Source of the DNA: a virus
Taxonomy: Duplodnaviria; Caudoviricetes
Length of the DNA stretch: 30,336 bases
Virus record (IMG/VR): IMGVR_UViG_3300034092_000330
Coordinates: 1 to 30,336 of that record
Reading direction: 5' to 3' (one strand)
Shown here: in pieces, positions 8,508 to 17,378 of the stretch
Layout of the letters: the number at the start of each line of letters is the position of its first letter
Position numbering within the stretch: position 1 is the first letter of the stretch
Position numbers and translations under genes: made by a program
The notes under the pieces: generated by a model
Told to the model about the DNA's origin: nothing
Database searches by the model: none
The model's input: the letters and a program-made list of their open reading frames with translations, nothing else

Positions 8508-9199
8508 TGGCTACATCCGGCACTGCGAATTGGAATATCAACATCCTCGACATTATCGAGGAAGCTTACGAGCGGGTTGGCATAGAGGTTAAGGGTGGCT
8601 ACGAGATCAGGACTGCTCGTAGAAGCCTCAACCTTCTGTCGATGGAGTGGGCGAATCGGGGATTGAATCTGTGGTGTGTGGAGGCGGGGACGCTGTCGCT
8701 GACTCCTGGCACTGCGACATACCCTCTTCCTGACGATACGATTGACATCCTCGAGGGAGTGATTCGGACGTATGCAGGTCAGCAGAACAATCAGACTGAT
8801 ATTGCGATTACCAGGATCTCCTTCGTCACCTACAACACGTTACCTAATAAGCTGGTGCAAGGTACTCCGATTCAGTACTACGTTGCCAGGGATACGACGA
8901 CTCCTGAGATTACGTTCTGGCAGGTGCCAGACAATACGATCTCTCGTCAGTTTGTTTACTACAGGTTGCGGCGTCAGCAGGATGTTGGGGGCAATGCTAA
9001 CAACAACATGGACGTACCGTTCCGGTTTGTCCCTGCGATGATCGCTGGTCTTGCTTATCACCTTGCAGCTAAAAGGCCTGAGGGGTTTCCTCGTATGCCT
9101 GAATTGAAGGCGCTGTACGAGGAGGAGTTTCAACGTGCGGCGGACGAAGACCGTCAACGGTCTGCTGTCATGCTTGTGCCTGGAGGCTACGGCTGGTAA
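8507..9199 (+). CDS. Head-tail adaptor / tail tubular protein A-like
   Basis: IIEEAYER.G...RTARRSLNLL..EWANRG.NLW; G.P.QYY; W.VP; P.RF.PA..AGLAY; YEEEFQRA. Confidence 0.7.
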   Translation: MATSGTANWNINILDIIEEAYERVGIEVKGGYEIRTARRSLNLLSMEWANRGLNLWCVEAGTLSLTPGTATYPLPDDTIDILEGVIRTYAGQQNNQTDIAITRISFVTYNTLPNKLVQGTPIQYYVARDTTTPEITFWQVPDNTISRQFVYYRLRRQQDVGGNANNNMDVPFRFVPAMIAGLAYHLAAKRPEGFPRMPELKALYEEEFQRAADEDRQRSAVMLVPGGYGW

Positions 9200-9507
9200 T
9201 GTTTTCCTCCGGCAAACATGCTATTGCGATGTGCGACATCTGCGCTAGGCAGATCAAGTACACTGCTCTCAAGAAGTACATCTACAAACAGAGATGGAAT
9301 GGTTTACTTGTATGCGAAGAGTGTTTTGACATCGACAATCCACAGCTTCAAATCGGCAAGTACGTCAGAGGCGAAGCGATTGCTCTAGATAATCCAAGGA
9401 CCGCTTCGCAGCAGAACCCTCCTACGAGAGAGTACTTCGGCTGGAATCCTGTTTTGCCAAATAAGATATACATAAACCTTGGAAGGGTTAATATCTCAAT
9501 CAGTTAA
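9199..9507 (+). CDS. Conserved CxxC...CxxC (Zn-binding) hypothetical protein
   Basis: CDIC...WNGLLVCEECFD..NPQL...NPR; TAATG-coupled. Confidence 0.7.
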   Translation: MFSSGKHAIAMCDICARQIKYTALKKYIYKQRWNGLLVCEECFDIDNPQLQIGKYVRGEAIALDNPRTASQQNPPTREYFGWNPVLPNKIYINLGRVNISIS

Positions 9508-9517
9508 AGGAAATAAC

Positions 9518-10996
9518 ATGTTGAAGTTCAAGAAGAAGGTAGTCAAGAAAGCTGATGGTGGTGTATTAGAGGACGTTAAGCGTCGATCTGCTCGTGCTGC
9601 TGCTGCAAAGCTAGAGGGGTTAAATGATCTTTCTGCTAACACTTATGCTGCAAACGACGAGTTTATGCGAAATGCTTTGAGGAATAGGGTTCTTGGGACT
9701 ACTCCTAGTCTTCCTACTTCTCTTCAAAGTCCTGCCTCTATGAGGAAAGAATACGAAGAGAGATTGAAATACGGAACTCCTGGCCCTGTTAAAAAATCTT
9801 CTGCCGCTCCTAAAATGGGTCGTTCGTTTACCGCTCCAATTTCAACTTTTGGCGAAGGTGATGAGGTTGAAATGCAGGCTTCGCCTAACCCCTTGCTTGC
9901 TGGTAGTGAAGGGTTTGTTTCTTCTGATGTGATGAATTTGCCGATGTCAACTGCTGGAAAAGGTGGCGCTGGTAGTGCTATTGAAGACGCTATGTATTCT
10001 GCGGCAAAGAATGCTCAGATCCCTACTGCGGCTCTTCCTAAAACCAAGTCTGGCATGAAGAAGTTTATGGATGAGTACGGCAAGTTTATCGCTCTTGGCG
10101 CTATGGCTGGGACTGGTGGTAAGGCTGGTCGAATCGCTGCTCCTATCATCGCTGCCCTGCCTGGGCTGATTGAGATGATGAAGAAGAAGAAGAAACCTCA
10201 ATTCGATGAAAAGCCAATGTCTGCTCCCGGCGTTCAAGTTGGGATGGCGCATGGTGGATCTATGAAGAAAGGAACCAAGAAGTTTGCGGAAGGTGGGAAG
10301 ACTAATTCGGGCGATCGTGAAAGTGCATTCCGTAGACTCAAGCCAACATATTCTGGTTTAAGTTTTCTTGGAACAACAACTCCGTTGCGTGAAGATAGCA
10401 TCTCTAAGAAACTAATGAGAGAAGAAGATCTTTCTTATTACCCTTTTGCTGATTCGGAGCAGCAGCGTAACGATAAAGACATGAAGCACGCATTGGCTTC
10501 AATTATTGACGAGATGTACAACGAGAAAAACAAATTACCAGCAATGCAGTCAGAATACCTTCCTATGGTCATTAAGCAATCAAAAAAAGATCGTGGGACA
10601 TATGGCTTTCCTTACGACAGTAAAATTTTTAAGGAATTACAAAAGGGCCATATTCAATCTGGTAAGAAGTCTTCCGGGGGTGAACCTCCGAAGAAAAGCG
10701 AAGGCGGCGCTATCCGCAAATTCAAAGGAGGTTCCATGAAAGGGAACACGATGGACAGTACGCTCACCCCGAAGTACGCGAAGGGTGGTGATATGCCCAA
10801 GGGTATGTCGAAAGGCAAGATGGGCAAGGCTGCTGGCGAGATGCCTCAGCACAAGAAGATGGCGATGGGTAAGCCTACCCCGCAAAGCACCGGGGCGAAG
10901 TTTGCCAAGGGCGGCGCTGCGAAGTATGCTAGCGGTGGGATGTGCAAAGGCTACGGCATCGCCAAGAAGGTTCGTCCTACTGGCCCGATGAACTAA
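9518..10996 (+). CDS. Low-complexity Lys/Gly/Met-rich putative internal virion protein with 9 AxGG-type motifs
   Basis: Start reassigned from the track's 9479 to ATG 9518 (RBS AAGGA, no overlap with the upstream gene); 492 aa. Motifs KADGG, MAHGG, FAEGG, KSSGG, KSEGG, FKGG, YAKGG, FAKGG, YASGG. Confidence 0.7.
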   Translation: MLKFKKKVVKKADGGVLEDVKRRSARAAAAKLEGLNDLSANTYAANDEFMRNALRNRVLGTTPSLPTSLQSPASMRKEYEERLKYGTPGPVKKSSAAPKMGRSFTAPISTFGEGDEVEMQASPNPLLAGSEGFVSSDVMNLPMSTAGKGGAGSAIEDAMYSAAKNAQIPTAALPKTKSGMKKFMDEYGKFIALGAMAGTGGKAGRIAAPIIAALPGLIEMMKKKKKPQFDEKPMSAPGVQVGMAHGGSMKKGTKKFAEGGKTNSGDRESAFRRLKPTYSGLSFLGTTTPLREDSISKKLMREEDLSYYPFADSEQQRNDKDMKHALASIIDEMYNEKNKLPAMQSEYLPMVIKQSKKDRGTYGFPYDSKIFKELQKGHIQSGKKSSGGEPPKKSEGGAIRKFKGGSMKGNTMDSTLTPKYAKGGDMPKGMSKGKMGKAAGEMPQHKKMAMGKPTPQSTGAKFAKGGAAKYASGGMCKGYGIAKKVRPTGPMN

Positions 10997-11014
10997 GCTG
11001 GGTAGTGAACTAAA

Positions 11015-11671
11015 ATGACCTACGCTGAACTCAAGCAACAAATCAAAGATTACGTCCAGTCTGACGAAACGACCTTCCTTGCTAATTTGGATGGGATTAT
11101 TAAGCTTGCAGAGCAGCGTATTAACAGAGATGTAAAGTCTCCTGATTCCAGGGCCTCCGCTACGGGCAATGTGACAACTCAGACCATAACGACTCCAAGC
11201 GATTTCGTTATGGCTTTGAGCCTCTTTGTCAGTATCGGAGGCATCCAGACAGGTCTTCTTCTTAAAGAGCCTTCGTATTTAACGGAGGCGTATGGGGTGA
11301 CGGCTGGATCCGCTGGGTCTTCAGGAGAGCCAGCTTATTACGCTATCCAATCGTCAGGCGAGAACTCTACAACGATTCTCGTAGCGCCATCTGCTGGTCA
11401 GTCTTACGGCTATACTCTTTACTACTACAAGACACCGGATACCATTGTTGGCGCAAGCAACAATATTACCTGGATAAGCAACTACTTCCCTCAGGTGTTG
11501 CTCTACGGGTGTCTCGTTGAGGCGTATTCCTTCTTAAAGGGAGAGCCTCAGATGCAGCAGCAGTACGAGAAGCTGTATCAGCTTGGCTTGCTTGAACTCA
11601 AGAACGTGGCTGAAGACGAGCAGAGAATGGACAACTACAGGAACCCTGACAGCAAAAGGAACATTGGCTAA
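11015..11671 (+). CDS. Second adaptor / tail tubular-like protein
   Basis: MTYAELKQQIKDY...II.LAEQRI; P.DF; G.P.YYA; APS; LLYGCLVEAY.FLKG. Confidence 0.7.
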   Translation: MTYAELKQQIKDYVQSDETTFLANLDGIIKLAEQRINRDVKSPDSRASATGNVTTQTITTPSDFVMALSLFVSIGGIQTGLLLKEPSYLTEAYGVTAGSAGSSGEPAYYAIQSSGENSTTILVAPSAGQSYGYTLYYYKTPDTIVGASNNITWISNYFPQVLLYGCLVEAYSFLKGEPQMQQQYEKLYQLGLLELKNVAEDEQRMDNYRNPDSKRNIG

Positions 11672-12102
11672 TGGCATTCACGGGCAGCTATGTAACGAAC
11701 TCTTTCAAGGAGCAGTTGCTTCTTGGGGTGCATGACTTCTCTACGGATGTCATCAAGATTGCGCTGTATACGAATTCGGCTACCATTGACAATACAACTA
11801 CGGCATACAGCGCCACGAATGAAGTATCTGGCGCTGGGTATACTGCTGGCGGCAAGACGCTGACGGCCACCGTTACCCCTGACGGGATCTATGCGATCCT
11901 TGATTTTGCCGATATAAGCTGGACATCTGCTTCGTTTACTTGTCGTGGCGCTTTGGTCTACAACTCTTCCAAGTCCAACAAGTCTATCTTTATCTTGGAC
12001 TTCGGGACGGACAAGACCGTTTCTTCCGGTACGTTGACGATTCAATTCCCGACTGCCAATTCTAATACGGCGATTGCTGTTATCAGTTCGGTGACAAACT
12101 AA
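11671..12102 (+). CDS. Conserved tail-associated structural protein
   Basis: SFK..LL.G.HDF..D..KIALYT..A....TT.Y...NEV.G.GYTAGG..L; directly upstream of the fibre gene and translationally coupled. Confidence 0.65.
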   Translation: MAFTGSYVTNSFKEQLLLGVHDFSTDVIKIALYTNSATIDNTTTAYSATNEVSGAGYTAGGKTLTATVTPDGIYAILDFADISWTSASFTCRGALVYNSSKSNKSIFILDFGTDKTVSSGTLTIQFPTANSNTAIAVISSVTN

Positions 12103-14183
12103 TGCCATCTACCTATACTTCCAATAACAAGATCCAGAAGATTGCTACAGGCGAACAGTCTGGCACTTGGGGAAACACTACCAATACGAACTTCGATCTA
12201 TTCGATGCGGCGATAGACGGGTTTGCCAGTATTGCATTGACGGGTACGACAGGGACATTGAACATCCCTGACGGCAGCAGCGGAGATGGACGCAACAAGG
12301 TCATCAGCTTTACAGGTACTCTCGCTGCCACGAATACGGTTAGCGTTGCCCCTAACAGTGTAAAGAAGCATTACTTCGTTCAGAACAATACAACTGGAGG
12401 ACAGGACGTTGTCCTCTCTCAGGGTTCTGGGTCTACGGTAACGATCAAGCCTGGGTACTCTTCGATTGTGTACTTGGACGGCGCTGGCTCAGGCGCTGCC
12501 GTTAAAGAGGTACTCACCAGCCTTAAGCTGACTGCTTTGTTGGAAGCGACGGGAGTTGTGTTTGTTGGCTCTAGCAGCGGCAATACGACGTTGCAGGCTA
12601 CCGCTGCGGCCTCAGGTACTCTTACTCTTCCTGCCGCGACAGACACGATCGTAGGCAAGGCAACGACCGACACCTTCACGAACAAGACGCTTGACACCGC
12701 TGGCACGGGTAACGTATTGCGAATCAACGGTACTCAGGTGAGCGCCGTTACGGGTACGGGTTCGGTGGTATTGGCCACCTCGCCTACTCTCGTTACTCCC
12801 TTGCTGGGCACGCCGACCTCTGGCACGTTGACGAATTGCACTGGCCTCCCTATCTCTACTGGGGTGAGCGGATTGGGCTCCGGAGTGGCTACGTTTCTTG
12901 CTACGCCTTCCTCGGCTAATCTTGCCAGTGCGGTTACTGACGAAACGGGCAGTGGAGCTTTGGTGTTCGGGACTTCGCCTACGATTGCCACGCCCACGAT
13001 CACTACCAGTGCCGTGATCCCCATCGTGAATGGTGGCACTGCTGTATCGTCTACGCTGACTTTGCAATCGACCAGCGGGGCTGGTTCGAGTGATGCGATT
13101 ATCTTTCGGACGGCATCGCAGTCTGAGAGAATGCGGATTTTAAGCAACGGGAGAGTAGGTATCAATACGTCTGCCCCTCCTAACATATTCACAGTGTTGG
13201 ACAGTGGCTCGCTCAACACTGTAGGCGACATCATTGACGTGGGAGCCATTGTGGTGGGTCCAAATTATGCTTTTGGAATTAGCGGTAATGCTGCGAATTT
13301 CAACGTGCATTCCAACTCTACTCTGGGCGCAGACGTGGGAGCCACGATTGGACTGGGCGGTAGATACACCGGAACGCAGTTTGCTCAATTTGCCATCATC
13401 AAGGGCGCAAAAGAAAATGCTACTGATGGAAACGGAGCAAGTTATTTAGCATTCGGCACTCGCATTAATGGTGGAAATATCACTGAAAGAATGCGTATCG
13501 ACTCTGCTGGCAGCGTGGGCATCGGAACGACGAGTCCGACGGCTAAAATCCATGTGGCGTCTAGCACATTGGCTACGGCTACGGTCAACTCTTTAGTGGT
13601 AGCAAGAGTAGAGAGGCCGTTTGCTTCAGGCATAAAGTTTTCCAACACGATGGATATATTGGTTGGAAGCTACGGCACCTCAATAAACTCACAGACAAGA
13701 GTAGATTTTGCGCTCGCGAATGGTGGCACTAATATTCCAGAAATCACGGTGATGACTTTACTGGGCGACGGCAACGTCGGCATTGGAACGACGAGTCCGG
13801 CATACCAACTCCAGTTATTCACCGACTCAGCCGCCAAGCCATCCACCAATACCTGGACCATTGCATCTGATTCTCGGCTTAAGACCGTGAACGGCAACTA
13901 CGACAAGGGCCTTGCGGAAATTTGCCAGATTCGCCCAGTGCGCTACGAATATAACGGCAAGGGTGGGTTTGTTGCCGATGGCAAAGAGCAGATCTCCATC
14001 ATTGCCCAGGAATTGATGTCTGTGTTCCCTGAGTGTGTTGGCACCTTCAAGGGCAAGCTCAGTGAGGCCGACACGGAAGAGATTGAACTCTATAACTACA
14101 ACGGCCACGCAATTACTTTCGCTCTGATCAATGCAATCAAAGAACTGAAGGCGAAAGTAGACCTTCTGGAATCGAGGAACTAG
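12102..14183 (+). CDS. Tail fibre with C-terminal peptidase S74 intramolecular chaperone
   Basis: N-terminal anchor (TGEQSGTWG..TNTN), Thr/Gly/Ser-rich shaft, GxVGIxT repeats, then SDSRLK at 13866, IRPV.Y, IAQEL..VFPE and a terminal coiled coil (LINAIKELKAKVD.LE). Confidence 0.88.
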   Translation: MPSTYTSNNKIQKIATGEQSGTWGNTTNTNFDLFDAAIDGFASIALTGTTGTLNIPDGSSGDGRNKVISFTGTLAATNTVSVAPNSVKKHYFVQNNTTGGQDVVLSQGSGSTVTIKPGYSSIVYLDGAGSGAAVKEVLTSLKLTALLEATGVVFVGSSSGNTTLQATAAASGTLTLPAATDTIVGKATTDTFTNKTLDTAGTGNVLRINGTQVSAVTGTGSVVLATSPTLVTPLLGTPTSGTLTNCTGLPISTGVSGLGSGVATFLATPSSANLASAVTDETGSGALVFGTSPTIATPTITTSAVIPIVNGGTAVSSTLTLQSTSGAGSSDAIIFRTASQSERMRILSNGRVGINTSAPPNIFTVLDSGSLNTVGDIIDVGAIVVGPNYAFGISGNAANFNVHSNSTLGADVGATIGLGGRYTGTQFAQFAIIKGAKENATDGNGASYLAFGTRINGGNITERMRIDSAGSVGIGTTSPTAKIHVASSTLATATVNSLVVARVERPFASGIKFSNTMDILVGSYGTSINSQTRVDFALANGGTNIPEITVMTLLGDGNVGIGTTSPAYQLQLFTDSAAKPSTNTWTIASDSRLKTVNGNYDKGLAEICQIRPVRYEYNGKGGFVADGKEQISIIAQELMSVFPECVGTFKGKLSEADTEEIELYNYNGHAITFALINAIKELKAKVDLLESRN
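13509..13799 (+). repeat. 30-bp imperfect direct repeat bracketing an 87-codon fibre module
   Basis: GGCAGCGTGGGCATCGGAACGACGAGTCCG (13509-38) vs GGCAACGTCGGCATTGGAACGACGAGTCCG (13770-99), 27/30 identical. Confidence 0.85.
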
Positions 14184-14506
14184 TGATCACTTACAATTGG
14201 ATTTTCAACCCGCTGACGGTAAAACCCGTCGAGGGTTCATTTACGGATGTTGTCATCACTGTGGACTGGCGGCGCACGGCTACAGACGGCGAGTACTACG
14301 CTGATTGCTACGGTCAGGTTTCTCTTGGTCCGCCTAGCCCTACGGGCTATACAGCGTTCGCTGACTTAACCAAACAGCAGGTACAGGGTTGGGTTGTAGC
14401 TGCACTGACCCAGGATGTAGTCGATCAGTACGATCTTTCCCTGGCGCAGCAGATCGCCGACCAGAAGAACCCTCCGACGATCCCCCTGCCTCCTCCCTGG
14501 AATTAA
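14183..14506 (+). CDS. Tail fibre-associated small protein
   Basis: GTG start overlapping the fibre stop (TAGTG); TYNW...DVV..V.W...F.DLT..QV.GWV...PW pattern. Confidence 0.65.
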   Translation: MITYNWIFNPLTVKPVEGSFTDVVITVDWRRTATDGEYYADCYGQVSLGPPSPTGYTAFADLTKQQVQGWVVAALTQDVVDQYDLSLAQQIADQKNPPTIPLPPPWN

Positions 14507-14510
14507 CAAC

Positions 14511-14882
14511 ATGGCGAACTATCAATCTGACTTTATCTCTAAACTTCTCCACGGTGTAACCGCAGCGCATATGCTGCACCTGATGGCGAAGGGTAAGGGC
14601 AGCTACGCTGCACACAAGGCTCTAGGATCCCTGTACGAGGGCTTGGAGGAACTCGCCGACTCTCTTGCTGAGGAGTGCATGGGAGTGCATGGCATTATCG
14701 ACTCCTTCCCCTCTGAGAAGTTTAGCGCCCCTAAGGATGCTGTTGGATTCGTAGAAGAGTTGTATCGGTACGTTTCCAACAACAGAAGTCAGGTTGGGTC
14801 TGAGAGCCATTTGCAGAACACCGTTGATGAGATCCTGTCTCTCATCGCATCCACCCTTTACAAGCTAAAGAACCTTTCGTAG
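14511..14882 (+). CDS. Ferritin/Dps-like four-helix protein (DUF5856-like)
   Basis: H..HL....SYAAHKAL..LYE.LEELADSLAEECMG and LQN.VDEI..LI.STLYKL; candidate His/Glu/Asp metal ligands. Confidence 0.8.
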   Translation: MANYQSDFISKLLHGVTAAHMLHLMAKGKGSYAAHKALGSLYEGLEELADSLAEECMGVHGIIDSFPSEKFSAPKDAVGFVEELYRYVSNNRSQVGSESHLQNTVDEILSLIASTLYKLKNLS

Positions 14883-14889
14883 GAGCCTT

Positions 14890-15210
14890 ATGAACGTCAA
14901 ATCTTTTTTCAAGAAGATCTTCTCTCCTAGTTCCACTACCACCTTCCTGAAGTACGTCTCTGTTGTCTATCCGATTGTAGAGATTGTAGCCATTGCTACG
15001 CCTAGCAAAGTTGACGACGAGATCCTTTCTCTGGCGCGGCAGTGGGGCGTTAGGGCTATCCTGGATGGGTCTAAGCCCAAGGGCGAAGTGCTGAAGGATG
15101 TTGCCGTCAAGATCGCACGACAGAAGCTTCCTGATGTCCCCAAGGAGATCCTAGCTCGTGCCGTTGAAGCCGCTTACCAGCAGATGAAAGCATCTCAGGC
15201 ATTGCATTAA
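14890..15210 (+). CDS. Hypothetical protein, possibly membrane/holin-like
   Basis: RBS AGGAG; one hydrophobic stretch (YVSVVYPIVEIVAIA), TPSKVDD motif, C-terminal VEAAYQQMK reminiscent of LL-H-type holins. Confidence 0.45.
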   Translation: MNVKSFFKKIFSPSSTTTFLKYVSVVYPIVEIVAIATPSKVDDEILSLARQWGVRAILDGSKPKGEVLKDVAVKIARQKLPDVPKEILARAVEAAYQQMKASQALH

Positions 15211-15231
15211 TGCACATCATTGCGCTAGAAT
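15202..15231 (+). promoter_or_regulatory. Candidate sigma70-type promoter with overlapping palindrome
   Basis: TTGCAT (15202-07), 18-bp spacer, TAGAAT (15226-31); palindrome TGCATTAATGCA at 15203-14. Confidence 0.4.
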
Positions 15232-15238
15232 GGGTTGC

Positions 15239-15457
15239 ATGAACTCTGAGCAATTCATTTTTATTGACAATGATAAAGTATTTGTTAGTGACCTGACCGA
15301 CCGACAGAAGTACTTGGTTTCTCAGATCAGCGATATCCAGAACAAGTTGTCGCAGTTGCAGTTTGGGGCCGATCAATTGAATGTTGCCCTTACGGTCTTT
15401 AGCGATGAGCTTAAGGCCAGCAGGAAGAAGGAAGATCTCAAGCCAGATCTAGTCTGA
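15239..15457 (+). CDS. Small coiled-coil protein
   Basis: MNSEQFIFID..V.VSDLTD.QK....Q..D...K...L.F..DQL. Start at 15239 preferred over 15230 because the candidate -10 box overlaps 15230. Confidence 0.6.
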   Translation: MNSEQFIFIDNDKVFVSDLTDRQKYLVSQISDIQNKLSQLQFGADQLNVALTVFSDELKASRKKEDLKPDLV

Positions 15458-15458
15458 T

Positions 15459-17378
15459 ATGCCTCTTGTAAAAATTCAACCTAAGCCTGGGATTGTTAAA
15501 GACGTAACCCAATACTCTGCTGAGGGTCTCTGGTACGACGCAGACAAGATCCGGTTTAGGCTTGGATTCCCTGAGGTAATCGGTGGATGGCAACCGTATG
15601 CAAATGCTGAAACCATCTACGGGACTTGCAGGTCGTTGATTCAATGGACATCCCTATCTCTAGAGCGATTCATAGGGATAGGGACGAACCAGAAGTACTA
15701 CATTGAAGCTGGCCAGTACATTAACGACATCACTCCGATCAGGACAACGATAGCGTTAGGGACCGACCCTTTCCAGACTCAGGTTGTTGGGACTGGGAAG
15801 ATGAAGGTGACGACTCCTACGGGCCACGATGCGATCCAGTATGACTGGGTGACATTCTCTGGCGCTACTGGGTTTGACGGGTTCACCGCAGATCAATTGA
15901 ATGTAGAAGTTCAAGTCACAGAAGTCATAGACGCCACTAGCTTCTACGTTGTGTTCCCTAATGGCGCTACGATCACCCCCTCTATTTCAGGTGGGGGCGC
16001 TAGCATCAGCGCCGCTTTCCAGCTTAACGTAGGCTTAAACAGTCAGGTGTATTCTACCGGATGGGGATCAGGCCCTTGGGGTCGTGGCCCCTGGGGTAGC
16101 GCCTTTTCTCCTATCGGGCCTACGGATAATCTCAGGTTCTGGTCGAACTCTAACTACGGCCAGGATTTGGTTATCAACCCCAGGTATGGGGACATCTACT
16201 ACTGGACCGCCAGTGGGCTTGACCCTCTCAATACAAGGGCAGTGTCTTTGTCTTCTATCGCTGGAGCTAACGACGCTCCTACGGTAGCCTCTCAGATTCT
16301 TGTCTCTGACGTTGACAGGCATTTGATTGCCTTTGGCTGCAACGATATCGGCTCCTCGGGCCAGAATCTTTTGCTGGTTCGGTGGTCTTCTCAGGAAGAT
16401 TACCTGGACTGGGAGCCTAGAACGGACAACACAGCTGGAGGATTCACCGTCTCCAACGGCTCTGAGATCGTTTCGGCTATTCCTACCCAGCAACAGATCC
16501 TTGTCTTTACCGACAAGGCGCTTTTCGCAATGGCGTACACGGGACCGCCTTATACCTTCAGCTTCACTCGTATCGGTGAGTCTGTTTCGATTATCGGGCC
16601 GAAGGCTGGCGTAGACGCCAGAGGCACAGTGTACTGGATGGACAACAACAACTTCTACATGTACAGCGGAAGTGTTGTGAAGATGGAGTGTACTGTCCTT
16701 AGCTATGTGTTTTCTGATCTAGATTGGACTCAGAAGCAAAAGGTAACTGCTGGGGTAAACGCCCAGTTCAATGAAGTCTACTGGTGGTATCCCAGCGTCT
16801 CTGATGCTTTCGCCGAGAACAGCAAATACGTTTGCTACAACTACGTTGAGAACCTTTGGACCATTGGAACGATGGAGAGGACGGCGTGGTTGGATCTCGC
16901 TACGGATGGATACCCGATTGGCGCTTACCCAAGTGGCGTTTTCTTGGGCAGTGTTAATACTACTACTATCCTTTACCAGCATGAAATTGGATACACCGCT
17001 GATGGCGACAACATAAACGCCTTCATCACTTCTGGGCCAATTGACATTGACGATGGAGAGCAGTTCTCTTTCATCAGCAGGGTCATACCTGATATTCAGT
17101 TCGTTAACGATCCAAGGGTAAGCCCTGTTGGCGTAACGAAGAAGGTAAATTTCCAGATCTCTGGCGTGAACTATCCTATGAGCCAGTCAGGATACCAGAC
17201 GAACACTGTCCTTGTGCAGGGTGCTAAGCCGGAGTCTACTCAAAAGAATCTTAGGATCAGGGCTAGGCAGATTGTTATGAAGGTCGAATCCTACCCAAGT
17301 CTTTTGGGGTCGGAGCCTGTATTCAAGTGGAGGCTTGGGTCTAGCCGTCTTCAGATTCAAGCGGACGGTATGAAATGA
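15459..17378 (+). CDS. Tail nozzle / tubular protein B-like (P22 gp10-type) with inserted beta domain
   Basis: 639 aa, PGI....T.Y..EG.W.D.DKIRFR.G, VRWS.QE...W, beta-propeller-type repeats, R.R.RQ....WRLG C-terminus. Insert ~15765-16025 (VTTPTGH....DWVTFSGA). Confidence 0.75.
   Translation: MPLVKIQPKPGIVKDVTQYSAEGLWYDADKIRFRLGFPEVIGGWQPYANAETIYGTCRSLIQWTSLSLERFIGIGTNQKYYIEAGQYINDITPIRTTIALGTDPFQTQVVGTGKMKVTTPTGHDAIQYDWVTFSGATGFDGFTADQLNVEVQVTEVIDATSFYVVFPNGATITPSISGGGASISAAFQLNVGLNSQVYSTGWGSGPWGRGPWGSAFSPIGPTDNLRFWSNSNYGQDLVINPRYGDIYYWTASGLDPLNTRAVSLSSIAGANDAPTVASQILVSDVDRHLIAFGCNDIGSSGQNLLLVRWSSQEDYLDWEPRTDNTAGGFTVSNGSEIVSAIPTQQQILVFTDKALFAMAYTGPPYTFSFTRIGESVSIIGPKAGVDARGTVYWMDNNNFYMYSGSVVKMECTVLSYVFSDLDWTQKQKVTAGVNAQFNEVYWWYPSVSDAFAENSKYVCYNYVENLWTIGTMERTAWLDLATDGYPIGAYPSGVFLGSVNTTTILYQHEIGYTADGDNINAFITSGPIDIDDGEQFSFISRVIPDIQFVNDPRVSPVGVTKKVNFQISGVNYPMSQSGYQTNTVLVQGAKPESTQKNLRIRARQIVMKVESYPSLLGSEPVFKWRLGSSRLQIQADGMK

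Noticed and set aside
9479-9517. ORF-track start for the 505-aa protein
   Set aside because: TTG start overlapping the upstream gene; ATG 9518 has a proper RBS.
13509-13799. Repeat pair as a DGR template/variable region or invertible segment
   Set aside because: Only 30 bp, direct orientation, mismatches not adenine-specific, and no reverse transcriptase or invertase in the window.
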